Part shown: in pieces, positions 53,195 through 64,000 of the stretch
How positions within the stretch are numbered: position 1 is the stretch's first letter
How the letters are laid out: every line of letters begins with the position of its first letter
Assembly: GCF_036321535.1 (NCBI RefSeq)
Contig: NC_087437.1
Span: 42,162,001 to 42,226,000 of the forward strand
Direction of reading: 5' to 3'
Length of the DNA stretch: 64,000 bases
Source: Camelus dromedarius
Lineage: Eukaryota
Program-made: the position numbers and the translations under genes
The notes under the pieces: model-generated
What the model was told of the DNA's origin: nothing
The model's database searches: none
The model's input: only the letters and a program-made list of their open reading frames with translations

Positions 53195-55560
53195 TCACAA
53201 GATCAATATCCTTTATGACTAGAGATGCACAAATCCTCAACAAAATACTGGCAAACGGAATCCAGTAACATATAAAAGTGAGTATCAACCATTAAATGCA
53301 AGGTGGCTTCAACATGTTAATAAAGGATAAAACAATATGATCATCTCAGTAGACACATAGAAACGTTAGACAAAAATCCAGCACTTTTCATAATAGAAAC
53401 ACTCAATGAAACAGAACAGACAGGAACCATCTCAACCTGTTAAAGAGAATCTGTAAAAAACACACAGTAATCTTCGTATTTATTGATGAAAAACTGAAAG
53501 CTTTCCCTTTAAGATCAGGAACAAGTCAGGGGTATTCACTCCTGCTACTTTTATTCAAAATTGTACGGAAGGTTTTAACTTGGATAATTAGGAAGGAAAA
53601 AGCAGAAGTATCCAAACTGCAAAGAAATAAAATATTGCAGTTGACATGATCTTGTCTATCAAAATTCTGAACAATCCAAGTAAAAACTATTGACTAATAA
53701 ACCAGTTCAGAAAAACTGTAAGATGTAATATCATGAGTGAATTAACTATCTTTCTATATGCTAGCAATGAACCATCTAAAAAAATAATTTCATTTATGAT
53801 AGTATCAAAGAGAAGATACTTAAGAATAAATTTTTTATACTTTTGGGGGGAATAATTAAGTTTATTTTACCTTTTAGAGGAGGTACTGGGGATTGAACCC
53901 AGGGCCTCGAGCATGCTAAGCATGTGCTCTACCACTTGAGCTATACCCTCTCCCAGGAATAAATTTTTTTTAAAAAAAGAGTGCAAGACTTGTATACCAG
54001 AACCACAAAATATCATTAAAGGTAAAGACCTAAATACATGGAAGGATATCCCATGTTCCTGGATTGAAAGTCTTAAACTTAAGATGTCAAAACTTTCCAA
54101 ACTGATCCACAGATTTCAACAGTTTTCACCAAAACTTGATTTTTTAAGAAAAAGAAATTGGCAATCTGTTCGAAGTCCATATGAAGTTCAGGGACTCAGA
54201 TTAGCCAAAATAATCTTTAAAAAGCCAAAGTTGGACGTTTCACACTTCCCAATTTCAGAACTTACTACAAAGATATAATAATCAATATAGTCTACTAACA
54301 GCATAAGGATAAACATATAGATGAATGGAATAGAACTGAGCCAGAAGTAAACACATACATAACTATGGTCAGTTGATTTTCAGCAAGGGCAAAACAAGAC
54401 CATTCAATGGAGAAAGAAGAGTCTTAAATGGTGCCGGGATAAGTGGAGATTCACGTGCAAAAGAATAAACTTGGACCCCTACTCACACCATATACAAAAA
54501 TCAACTCAAAATGAAATGACCCAAAATGGAATGACCTAAATGTAAGAACTAATGCTACAAAGTATCTAGAAGAAAACAAAAGTTTCATAACCTTGGATTT
54601 GGCAACGACTTCTTAGATATGACAAACACATATAATAAATTGGGCTTTATCAGAATTTTTAAAACTTGTGTGTTTCAAGGACACTATCAAGAATGTATAA
54701 ACAATGGGAGAAAGTATTTGCAAATTAGATATTCAGTCAGGGACTTGTCTCTAGAATATATAGAGAACTATTACAGTTCAGAAAATTTAGATAAAGAGGA
54801 TTTGAATAGACATTTCTCCAAAGAAAATATTCAAAAGGTCAATAAGCACAGGAAAATACTTAGCATCATTACTCATTGAAGAAACGCAGATCAAAAACAC
54901 CATGAGATATCACATTACACCCATTAGGATGGCTACAACCAAGAACACAGTAACACATATGGACAAGGGTGGAGAAACCGGAACCCTCATAGATTGATGT
55001 GGGAATGTAAAATGGTGGAGCTGCTTTGGAACACAGTTTAACTTTGAGGGATTTCCAAACATAGAATTTCCATTTAACTTGGCAATTTCACTCCTAGATA
55101 TATACCCAAGAGAAAACACTTGTTCACTTCAGACTTGTACACAAATGTTCATAGAAACATTCATAATAGCCAAATGTCCAACTGATGAATAGATAAACAC
55201 ATGTGGTCTATTCATACAATGAAATATTTGGCCATAAAAAAGAAGTACTGATACCTGCTTACAACATGAATGAACCTTGAAATCATTATGCTGAGTGTAA
55301 GAATCCAGACAAAAGGCTGCATATTGTATGATTCAATTTGTACAAAATGTATAGAATGGGCAGTCTATAAAGAAACTAAATACCAGGACTGAAGAGAAGA
55401 CAAGTGACTAATGATGGGTCAGTTTCCTTTCAAGGTGATGAAAATGTTCTAGAATTAGACAATGGTGATGGTTTTCCAGCCTCATGAATGCATTAAAAAC
55501 TACCGAGTTGTACACTTTAAACTCGTACATTTTATGATATATCAACTATAGCTCAGTTTA
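53195..55560 (+). mobile_element. Old L1 (L1MB-like) ORF2 3' half and 3'UTR
   Basis: gatgcacaaatcctcaacaaaatactggcaaac (RT region) through tgaaccttgaaatcattatgctgagtg..gtgatgaaaatgttctagaattaga. Confidence 0.85.
53837..53954 (-). mobile_element. Camelid tRNA-derived SINE (Vic-1-like) with TSD
   Basis: Antisense gaggtactggggattgaacccaggg..gcatgctaagcatgtgctctaccacttgagctataccctc; TSD gaataaatttttt at 53824-53836 and 53957-53969. Confidence 0.9.
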
Positions 55561-56319
55561 GAAGTGGGAAAAGGAAATTGACCATTTTTTCCTTACCTGG
55601 AAGTATTTATCACTGACAAGATAAAATATTCACACAGAAAAGCACTGAAGGTCTGTCAGGCTATTTATATTGATTTCCTCAGTACTCAAGTAGAAAAGGA
55701 GAAGCTTTTATAGACCTCTGTACTGTTTAACTTGCTATAAACATGTATCCGATTGTTTAAAAAAATAAAAATTTGAACACAAACATAAAAAACAAGTATA
55801 AAATCCTGCTATTTAGCAGGTTTGACTTAAGGTGTCATCTGGGCACCCCAGGCCCCAGTTTCTTCCTGTGAAGAACTGTTTGGACTGCATCTCAGCAAAG
55901 ATGTAGAGACGGACTTCAAAACATCCCCACTGCCTTTATGCCAGGGAGCAAATGCAAAAGCTGAGAGGACAGGTTTTGAAAAAATCTCCCCAAGTGGTTA
56001 ATCCTCTTTTAAAATTCTGCCCCTCATTCCCTCTACACACGATGCTCCTTAATGTGAGACTTTCAGATTAAGAAACAAAACCAAACTTTCTAAATATTCT
56101 CTGACTCCTTCACTTGAAAGTCAAAGCCCCCATAGGAAAGCATTAGCCTCACTCGCCATCACCTGCTGACGTGGAGGAACGGGGGGTGTGGGGCGGGGGC
56201 TTTGCAATCGTCACACGGGGCAAGACCCTGGCTTGATCACTGTGTTAGTTCACTTTTACTGTGTAACAAGCCACCTCAAAACTCAGTGGCTTAAAACCAT
56301 CAGGAGGCCCCAGGAATCC

Positions 56320-57060
56320 TTTGCGAGAACAGTTTCTAGAAAGATGGGGCAGGAGACAGATTACAGGGAGTGAAGAACAAAGGGTGACGAGGATTTGCAG
56401 GCAGTGAGGTTGGTGGCGAAGGAAAGGAGCGTACAGCAGCTTGACAGGGAAACAAGACTGCAGCAAGGGTGTGGCTGGTGGATTCTGATTAGTGAACTAG
56501 GGGAGGCATTGGCATTTGACAGACTCGAGGGGAGGTGCCCATCTAGAGGCGGCAGTTGAAAATACGAGAAGGTATGATCAGTTAGCGATGTCCTACAGAA
56601 GATGGAAAGAATGAGAATGGAATGAAAGGCTGGGGAACTTGGTCTTAGAACCCAGAGGAGATGTGTCTTCATTTTGAGACATAAGGTGAGCAGAAGATGA
56701 TGGGCACAGGTGGGACTGGGTGTGGAAATGGAGGAGAGGGTGATGAGAAAATTCCTGTTTGGAGAAGCCTCTATTCTTAGAGTGAGAGAAGGAATGATCA
56801 TCGTTAGGGAGGGAAAGGCTTGAAGGGATGGTTTGGAGCCTGGGGAGAGAAGGCAGAGAAGCCTTCACTGAAATGCCCAGCAGCAATAAGTAATTTTCTC
56901 TAGCAAAGATGAGACCCAAAGAGCAGTGTCAAGAAAGTGAACCAGGGCTTAAATGAGCATGTTGATATTGTCATTAGAGGTCAGACCCCGTGGAGGAGAC
57001 AGATCTCCTTGAGGATATGTTAGAGGAGAGTGAGAGGCACTTATAATTTGAAGATTACAG
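56320..57060. mobile_element. Degraded L2
   Basis: Purine-rich sequence with L2-like motifs (gaacagtttctagaaagatggggcaggagacagattacag). Confidence 0.45.
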
Positions 57061-57307
57061 AGAGGTGGGACATGACTTTGTATCCTCATTCTGCGAAGTG
57101 GAATAAGGGGCTAGAGTAAGCACAAAAGTGCCAGGACTCTGTTAATAGCGAACGGTGATTAGGCACGCACCGGGTTTCCAGGACTGGGCTAAGCCTCTTA
57201 AAGGCATTGCTTCTTTTGGTTAGCATAACTGTATTTTATAGGATATTGTTATTCTCATTTTACAGACAGGTACACAGCTTTAGAGAAGTTATTTTCTCAA
57301 GGCCATT

Positions 57308-57840
57308 GTGACAGATTTTATTTTAGAAAGATGGCTGCATTGGCATCTCCCATTCTCTATAATGTGGCTTTGCCCCCCAGTCGGAGGGCCGAGTCTAATT
57401 CTCCAGCCCCTGGAGGGTTGCTTCTACCAGTGGAGAATGGCTGAGATGACAGTGTGACTTCCAAGGCTTCATCATAAATGCCATGCATCTACCACCAGCT
57501 TCCACTGGAACACTCGTTCTGGCAGAAGACAGCCACCAGGTGAGAATCTTGCCAACCCAAAGACCGCCATACTGGAGCTGCTCCTGAGTGTGGCAGAGCT
57601 CCCAGGTGACAGGCCCATCCACTGCCATCCATGTTGCTCTCGTATGTGGCTCAACCCAGTCAAGCTTCCAAATGAGGGCAGATCTAGCCAACGTCTGACT
57701 GCAACCTCGTGAGAGATCCCACATAAGAACTGCCCAGCTCAGCCCTTCCTGAAGTTCTTACCCACAAAATCAGTAGCAAAGTGAAATGATTCTTGCTTTA
57801 CAAGTTTCAGGGTGATTTGTTACATCTGTAATCAAGATAG
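57308..57840 (+). mobile_element. MaLR solo LTR (MLT1-type)
   Basis: Starts tgtgacagatt..aagatggctgca; contains gaactgcccagctcagccc; ends aagtttcagggtgatttgttaca. Confidence 0.75.
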
Positions 57841-60761
57841 CCTCACACATCACCGACAAGCTAGCTAGGACTGACCTGCGAGCCCGCCTGGCGCTGCAGC
57901 CCAGCTCTCATCAGCTTCCTTCTCCTCGAAACTGCTCTTTGCACATTCCCTGGACCTAGCATAGTTTCTCCGTCAGAGCAAACGCTGGTCAAATATTTTA
58001 CCTACTTCTTAGATGCCTCTCCTCGCCTCTGTTTTCTCTCTTGCACTTCATAGCAATTTTACACAATGTGTCATTGTCGAGCGTTGCTAAAACACAGCAA
58101 TGGTTATTAAAACTTTTATCACATTATTGCCAAGTAAGTCTTCAATACAGTCAAGCAATCACATTCTATATGCTTTGCCAAGTCAAAAAGCCTTCCATTT
58201 TAAGGCTTTAAGAAGACGGTCTCCCTTTTGTACATATGAACAACCACAGCAGTTACCCAAGTCTTCATATGTCTCCTATGGATTTTTGCCAGGCTATTAA
58301 TCTTAAGAAGGCCATAAGCACAGTAGACCCTGAATACATAAATGACTTGTTATGATTGAATCATGAATTAAATAGAGTTGAAAGTTGAAACTTGTACAGA
58401 ACCTAGATCTTAAACTCTTGTTTTTTTTCTTTTAGTGTTACCACGTCTTCAAACAATAAAGCATTTTTTGAATGATCAACCCATCCTGAAAACACCTGTA
58501 TCAGACAGAATATGCTGGAAATCACACAGCAAATTAAATATCAAGCGGAAGTGAGCCAATGTGCTCTGTGTTTCATTAGCACCACCCAGTGAAGTCTCAA
58601 ATCCTGCCTGAATTGAAATTTAAGCCACATCAAGATCCTGGGGCCTGTGCTCAGCTGTTTCCCTCTTCAGTTTTGAAGGGCTGGGTTGTTACTACTTAGA
58701 AACAAGGCTATTGATTCAATTGTGCTGTTTTAAACACCCTTTGTTCAGTACCTTCCTCTGTTCATGCTGTTACTCCCTGCCCATTAGGGAGTAACTGGGC
58801 AGCTTGTCTTTGTGTCAAAAGGGAGCAGAATCTTTCTTGCTCAAATACTTTATTCCATTACTGTTCCATCACTAGATTGCTTCTCCAGTGTTCCTGAACT
58901 ATGCCCCTCATCTTGACACGAGTCATTAGCACATCCTTTCTCATCAATCAATGGTCATCATTCTCAGTGGGAGCCTCACCTGAGGAGTGATGCTATGTTC
59001 TTTCATGCACTAACTACCCCAGAAGAGTCAGGGATCTGGAGCTCCTGTGAACTACCTGAGACCAGGGCGACGGCTTTACAGCGTCAGCAGCAGCAGCTGT
59101 GGACTTTTCCTCACCACATTCTGAAATTCTAATGTTTTTCTCTTCTTTGACTTGTCCCCCTGCACCTCCTAACATTGGGCTTATCAACAGGCTGTTAGAG
59201 TAGTGAGATTATTGTGAAACAGCACACATACATCATTTGATTGCCATAAGCAGAATAAATCTTGGGGACCTACTGGGGAACAGTCCCACTACTGCAAGTC
59301 TTATTTGATGTTTATTACTTTGCCAGCTGGAGATCTGGGGACAGAATATCACAAATAATGTGAACTCTGAAGTTTAGTTCTGACTTACCTATTTATGATA
59401 AAGTCAGTCTTGTTTTCGCTTCCAGTTCTGCAAAGATGTCCCTGGGTCCCGGATACCAGATTTGGGGCTGCATCCCACAGACGTCTGCAAGCCTTGTAGT
59501 TGTCCAGCCTTGAGACCGAAGAGTGAGCCTGGGTGCAGTGAGAGACATCAGTGGTTTATTGGACAGGGGATCTTACATATCTGAAGCAAAAGTCCCTGGA
59601 GTGACACCCGCAGCATAGACGGCCAACCAGCAGGCAGGACACAGCAGCAGTCTTTGCTCCTCGGGGGAGAAGGCGGCTCCTATTTATAGGGGGAATTGAC
59701 ATCAGGTGGGCTTGTCAGTTACCAGGGAAATCAGTGGCTGGGGCGGGGTAGGGTCAAGCACATAGGCCGTTACTAATTAAACCCTATAATTAAGAGGATT
59801 GGATAGTCATGTGAGTGAAGCAGGCCTGGTCGAGTAGGCGAGGTACAGAAAACAAGAGAACAGCCATCTTGACCACACACTCCACCCCAATGTACCTGCA
59901 GGGCCCCTACGATCTTGGCCCACCCCTCTTCTGCAGAATCCGTGGGGCGGGCGTGTAGAGGGGCACTGCAACCACACACCACAAATGCAGCACAGACAGA
60001 CAACAGCAGCTGAAGGGTGTCAGGAGTCCAAGAGGTGGGTAAACTTTGGACCCAGGAACTCACAGGGCCAGTTTTTCATGGAAGCTCAGAGGAGACAACA
60101 GCATCTCACTGGAGACCCAGCAATCAGACCCACTTCCCTGACTATGCCCAGTCCGCCGACACATTTCCTCCCCTCAGACTAGGAATGAATTAATGTTAAG
60201 CTGTCTGACAGGCGTGATACAGGAAGAGCATGACCGTTAGGCAAAATACAAGCAGGAACAGCACTGAGATAACACCACCCCTGCCTGAGGTCTGCATCCT
60301 GGCCAGCAGGGCCATTTCACTGGCCCACCTCAGCTCCCACAGCCAGTGCGAATGCTGGAGAGGCGGTGTAACAACAGACCGCAGGGTTGATACATTGGGC
60401 CTGTCTTCAGTAGGAGGCCCGGATTAATTACCTTAGCAGCCTTTTAGGTGGGGCTGGGTAGAAGACTGGTGAAACCTCTCGGCCCCTTTCTACTCCTATC
60501 CCCCACAAGGAGGCAAACCCACACCACCAGGGCCTTACCTGCCAGTCCCAGGGCCATTTTATAATGAGTTCCTGGGGCTAGATCCTGTGGCCAGGGCAAA
60601 AGTGAGCTGTTGTCCTGACAGATCGGTCCCTCAGTGGTCAGCAGTTGAACTCAGACAGTGATGTCTGGTTGCCTCTGGGCTAACACGGCGTAGGCACTGG
60701 GACGACTGCTCCCGGGGTGTGCACACGTGTTGAGACAGCACGTCTCTCATCTCGCCTCTTG

Positions 60762-61131
60762 TTAAAGTAGCTCGTTCATCCCCTTGATTAGCCCAGCAGC
60801 AGTGGGGGTGTAAGGCAGGTGGAAATGCTGGTGTGTGTATTTCATTGGCCCAATCCTAAACTCCATGGCCAGGAAAGTGGGGTCCTTGGTCACTGTCGAT
60901 GCCCACGGGGGTCCCTGTGTCGCACACAGCTGTTCTGGACCCCGAGTACTGGTTGCGTTGCTTGACGACTCGGGTCGGCCGTGTGATGACCTCCACCTGT
61001 TGTACCACAATGTAGCCCGCACGCAGCTGCTGCTCCATCACGCTATACCGTTGCTCTGCCCCCTTCCACAGCTCGGACCAGAAGCCCAAGGCTACTCTTA
61101 TTATTTTGCTGTTGCCATAGGCTCCAACCAA
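60762..61131 (-). pseudogene. Retroviral pol remnant (RT/RNase H tether and integrase core pieces)
   Basis: LGFWSELWKGAEQRYSVMEQQL (tether region); GTPVGIDSDQGPHF and FHLPYTPTAAGLI (integrase core), in two frames. Confidence 0.8.
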
Positions 61132-61535
61132 ACCCTTCTGGGTAACTGGTCCTGTCCAAGTCCCAAGTCTGTCCCAGAGTTCATATCCCTAAAGCATGTG
61201 CCTATAATTATTTAGAGGTGGTAGGGAGCGTAGCATACCCTCAGGTATGCTTGTGTTTTGCAGATAATCAAGTCCTTGCATTTTGCCTGCATTCACCAGC
61301 TATCCCTGGCAGTCAGATGAGCCAGGAGTATGGGGCTGCTCCTTTTAAACTGGAAAGAGACCGTGAAGTTAACAGGATATCATCAGTATAGTGGACGAGA
61401 AAGACAGGTCTCATGGTGACCAGCTGCTGCCGGGCTCCATGTGCCAGTGGACGGCCACCCCGGGATTATCTCTGCAACTTTCTGTTCCCCATCCTTATTT
61501 CCCAGCATCTCTGTGCTCACGGGAGTTTCCTTAGC

Positions 61536-61553
61536 CTCCTGGCTGGCGTGTCA
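61536..61553 (-). promoter_or_regulatory. Primer-binding site complementary to tRNA-Arg(ACG)
   Basis: Plus strand ctcctggctggcgtgtca versus the tRNA-Arg(ACG) 3' end CTCCTGGCTGGCTCGCCA (15/18, tRNA sequence from memory); lies 2 nt from the LTR edge. Confidence 0.7.
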
Positions 61554-61712
61554 GTTGTTGGGCTGCCTCCCACAGGCCTGCAAGCCTTGTGGCTGCCCAG
61601 CCTGGAGACCAGAGAACGAGCCCAGAGACGGCAGCAAAAACATCAACGGTTTATCAGACAGGGGATCTTACACGTCTGAAGCCAAAGGTCCTGGAATGAC
61701 AACCCCACCATG

Positions 61713-61778
61713 GGCAGGAGGCAGGAGGCAGGAGGCAGGAGGCAGGAGGCAGGAGGCAGGAGGCAGGAGGCAGGAGGC
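61713..61778 (+). repeat. (GGCAGGA)n heptamer tandem repeat inside the LTR
   Basis: Seven perfect units (61713-61761) plus two degenerate ones. Confidence 0.95.
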
Positions 61779-63858
61779 GGGGCAAGCAGCAGGCTTTGCA
61801 GCTTGGGGGAGGAGGCTACCATTTATAGGGGGAATTGATGTCAGGTGGGCTCATCAGTTACCAGGGAAACCAGCAGCTGGGGCAAAGGGCAAGCATGTAG
61901 GCAGTCACTGAGTAAGCCCTCTAATTAAGAGGACTGGATAGTCATGTGAGTGAAGCAGGGGCTGGTCAAGCAGGGGATGCACTGAGAGGGAGAGAACAGC
62001 CATCTTGATGGTCTGACCATTTGCCAGCTTTCCTGTTTCAGGCATTTGAGGGTTTAGGTAGAACAAGATGGTGCCTAAGAGCAAGGATCTAGAGTCATAA
62101 TTCTGAAACTTGAATCCTGCTCGGCCATCACTGGCTGATATTTGGACAAATTCCTTAAGCCATATAAATGTTCATCTATCCTGATTCTTCCTCAATAAAA
62201 TGGAAGGACCACAAGAGTACAAATTCTGTCCTTCACCATGGTACCCCTAGTACCCGGCACATTGCCTGGAGCACAGTGGGCACTTCGTAACCATTCGTTG
62301 AATAAGAAAGTTTATAAATGAATGCATGAGTAACACTTACCCGAGTAATTCTTTTTGTTCATACAATTATCCACTACGGCAGACAATGCCCCACTTACCT
62401 TCTGGTTTCTCACAGCACCTAACCCAGGGTTTTGGATGGAAGTATACATCATCATTTATGAATTTGAGTGCATTTTTAATTGGAACACATCACTGCATAA
62501 CTGAAGCATCTTTCTCTGCCTTCCTGGTGGACAGAAGAGGGGTTTCAGGGAATGAAGGGAAGATGATATGGCAGAGTGACTTCAAGTCTCTCTCCTGGCC
62601 TCTGGATCTCTTCTCCTTGGACTTTGCCCCTGTAGGGTAGAGCCTCGACGTTTTTCTCTTGAGAACCCTGCTTAGCCTTCAGGGTCAATAAACCTGATGC
62701 CCAGATGACGAGCATCTTTTATAGCCATCAGGCACTAACCAGATTCTAGTTCTGGCTCCTCTGCAGCCCACCCGCACCACTTTCAGCAGGCCACGTCAGC
62801 TGAGAGAACCGTGCTGGGCTTCACGCTCATTGTAAGGAGGGCTCCTGCTTGGCAGGGCCACTGTGGGACCGATGAGAGAGGGAGTGTGAAAGCACTGTGA
62901 AAAGGATGACGTTGGTAGCAATGCTGATTTTTAATTAAGAGATGAAACTGGAGACTTGTTTCTGTATGAGATTTAGCGTCTAATAATCACGACGAGGCCT
63001 CACAAGTCAGTCAGTCTTTGGCAAGACTGTGCCACACAGACCTCAACAGAGATGTTTCTAGCACTACTACCCAGTTTAAAAATTATGGTTTAATTGGTAT
63101 ATGCTCCCTCAAACATTCCACAAATATACATGGAGCAGTTTCCTTGTGTCAAGCACTGTTTTAAGTACAGAGAAGAAGTTAGGAAGGAAAAGCCCTGATC
63201 GTGCAGCCTTACCTTCTAGTGGTGGAGCCAGACCTGTAAACAGCCCCCTCTGTGTGGCAAACACAACGAGAGGGGAAAGACCAGGGATACTTACGCTCTA
63301 CCTTGAAAAAGGCCCCTCACTGGTGCTGCTGCAATGTATATAGAGAGAGAAATGTCTAGAAAAATGGCCAGAATGTTCACTGTGGTGGTTTCTCAAATGG
63401 TACAATTTACAGTGAAATAAAATTTGTTTTCAGACATACACAAAAATTAAGATGATCAAATGATGTTTATGACCTATCTCATCAGAATGTGAACTCCTTG
63501 AAGCAAGAACTTTGCTTTGCTCACTACTTTATTCCTATTGTCTAGGTATATAGTAGGTGCTCAATAAATGTTGAATGAAAGAACAGAAACAAGGAAATGC
63601 AGAGCCTAAGCAGGGACTAAAATAATAGTTCAGATTGCAATTCAGGGGCATGCAGGCAGCAAGGAAGACACAGCAGACAGCTTGAGCAGATCTGACTGGG
63701 CAGGGCCTTGAATCCCAGCATAAAATTCTAGACTCCATTCTTCAGGAAATGGGGAGTACTTGCCCACTGAAATGAAGGGGTAAAGGGAGAATATTGTGTG
63801 ATTTTGTACCAGTCCATAGCCTGAAGGATGCCTGGCCCCATCTTTTGCTACAAAGAAC

Positions 63859-63923
63859 AAGGAAGGAAGGAAGGAAGGAAGGAAGGAAGGAAGGAAGGAA
63901 GGAAGGAAAGAAGGAAGGAAGAA

Positions 63924-63986
<63 letters not shown>

Positions 63987-64000
63987 GGAGGAAGGAAGGA
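63859..64000 (+). repeat. Compound (GGAA)n(GAAA)n microsatellite
   Basis: Directly visible; runs to the window end. Confidence 0.97.

Larger units (their letters stand above)
59461..62020 (-). mobile_element. Internally deleted class III (ERVL-like) provirus with two LTRs
   Basis: Homologous LTRs at ~59461-59879 and ~61556-62020. TATA box in both and AATAAA in the left LTR, on the minus strand. PBS at 61536-61553, PPT-like ggggtggag at 59880-59888, and pol remnants in minus ORFs 60856..61131 and 60762..61022. Confidence 0.88.

Noticed and set aside
61441..61911. 156-aa ORF with GGRRQEA repeats
   Set aside because: It is the translation of the heptamer repeat inside an LTR, with no other coding evidence.
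32345..64000. GHSR or another downstream gene
   Set aside because: No GPCR-like or other recognisable exon seen; GHSR probably lies beyond the window if human synteny holds.
1..64000. CRISPR array, operon or other prokaryote-type system
   Set aside because: The sequence is mammalian, with spliceosomal introns and LINE/SINE content; no repeat-spacer array was seen.

Overview
Mammalian genomic DNA, most likely from a camelid (alpaca, llama or camel), judged from four Vic-1-type tRNA-derived SINEs. The first ~32.3 kb is the 3' part of FNDC3B on the + strand: four coding exons (4269-4481, 16740-16906, 19421-19548, 28827-29138) that splice into one open frame of fibronectin type III repeats plus the C-terminal membrane anchor, followed by a ~3.2 kb 3'UTR ending near an AATAAA at 32320. 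The rest is intergenic and mostly transposable elements: a HAL1-like remnant; a full-length degraded L1 (~38.9-51.4 kb) split by two ~2.8 kb composite insertions flanked by target-site duplications (TSDs); more L1, L2, MIR and MLT1 pieces; an internally deleted class III (ERVL-like) provirus with two LTRs and a tRNA-Arg PBS (~59.5-62.0 kb); and a terminal (GGAA)n(GAAA)n microsatellite. I found no new protein-coding system. The most unusual signals are retrotransposition structures: a SINE-L1-transduction composite, a possible 5' transduction, a recurrent linker that may mark an internally deleted L1 subfamily, two micro-inversions, and a minisatellite expanded in only one LTR. Repeat family names and most repeat boundaries come from visual recognition and are approximate.
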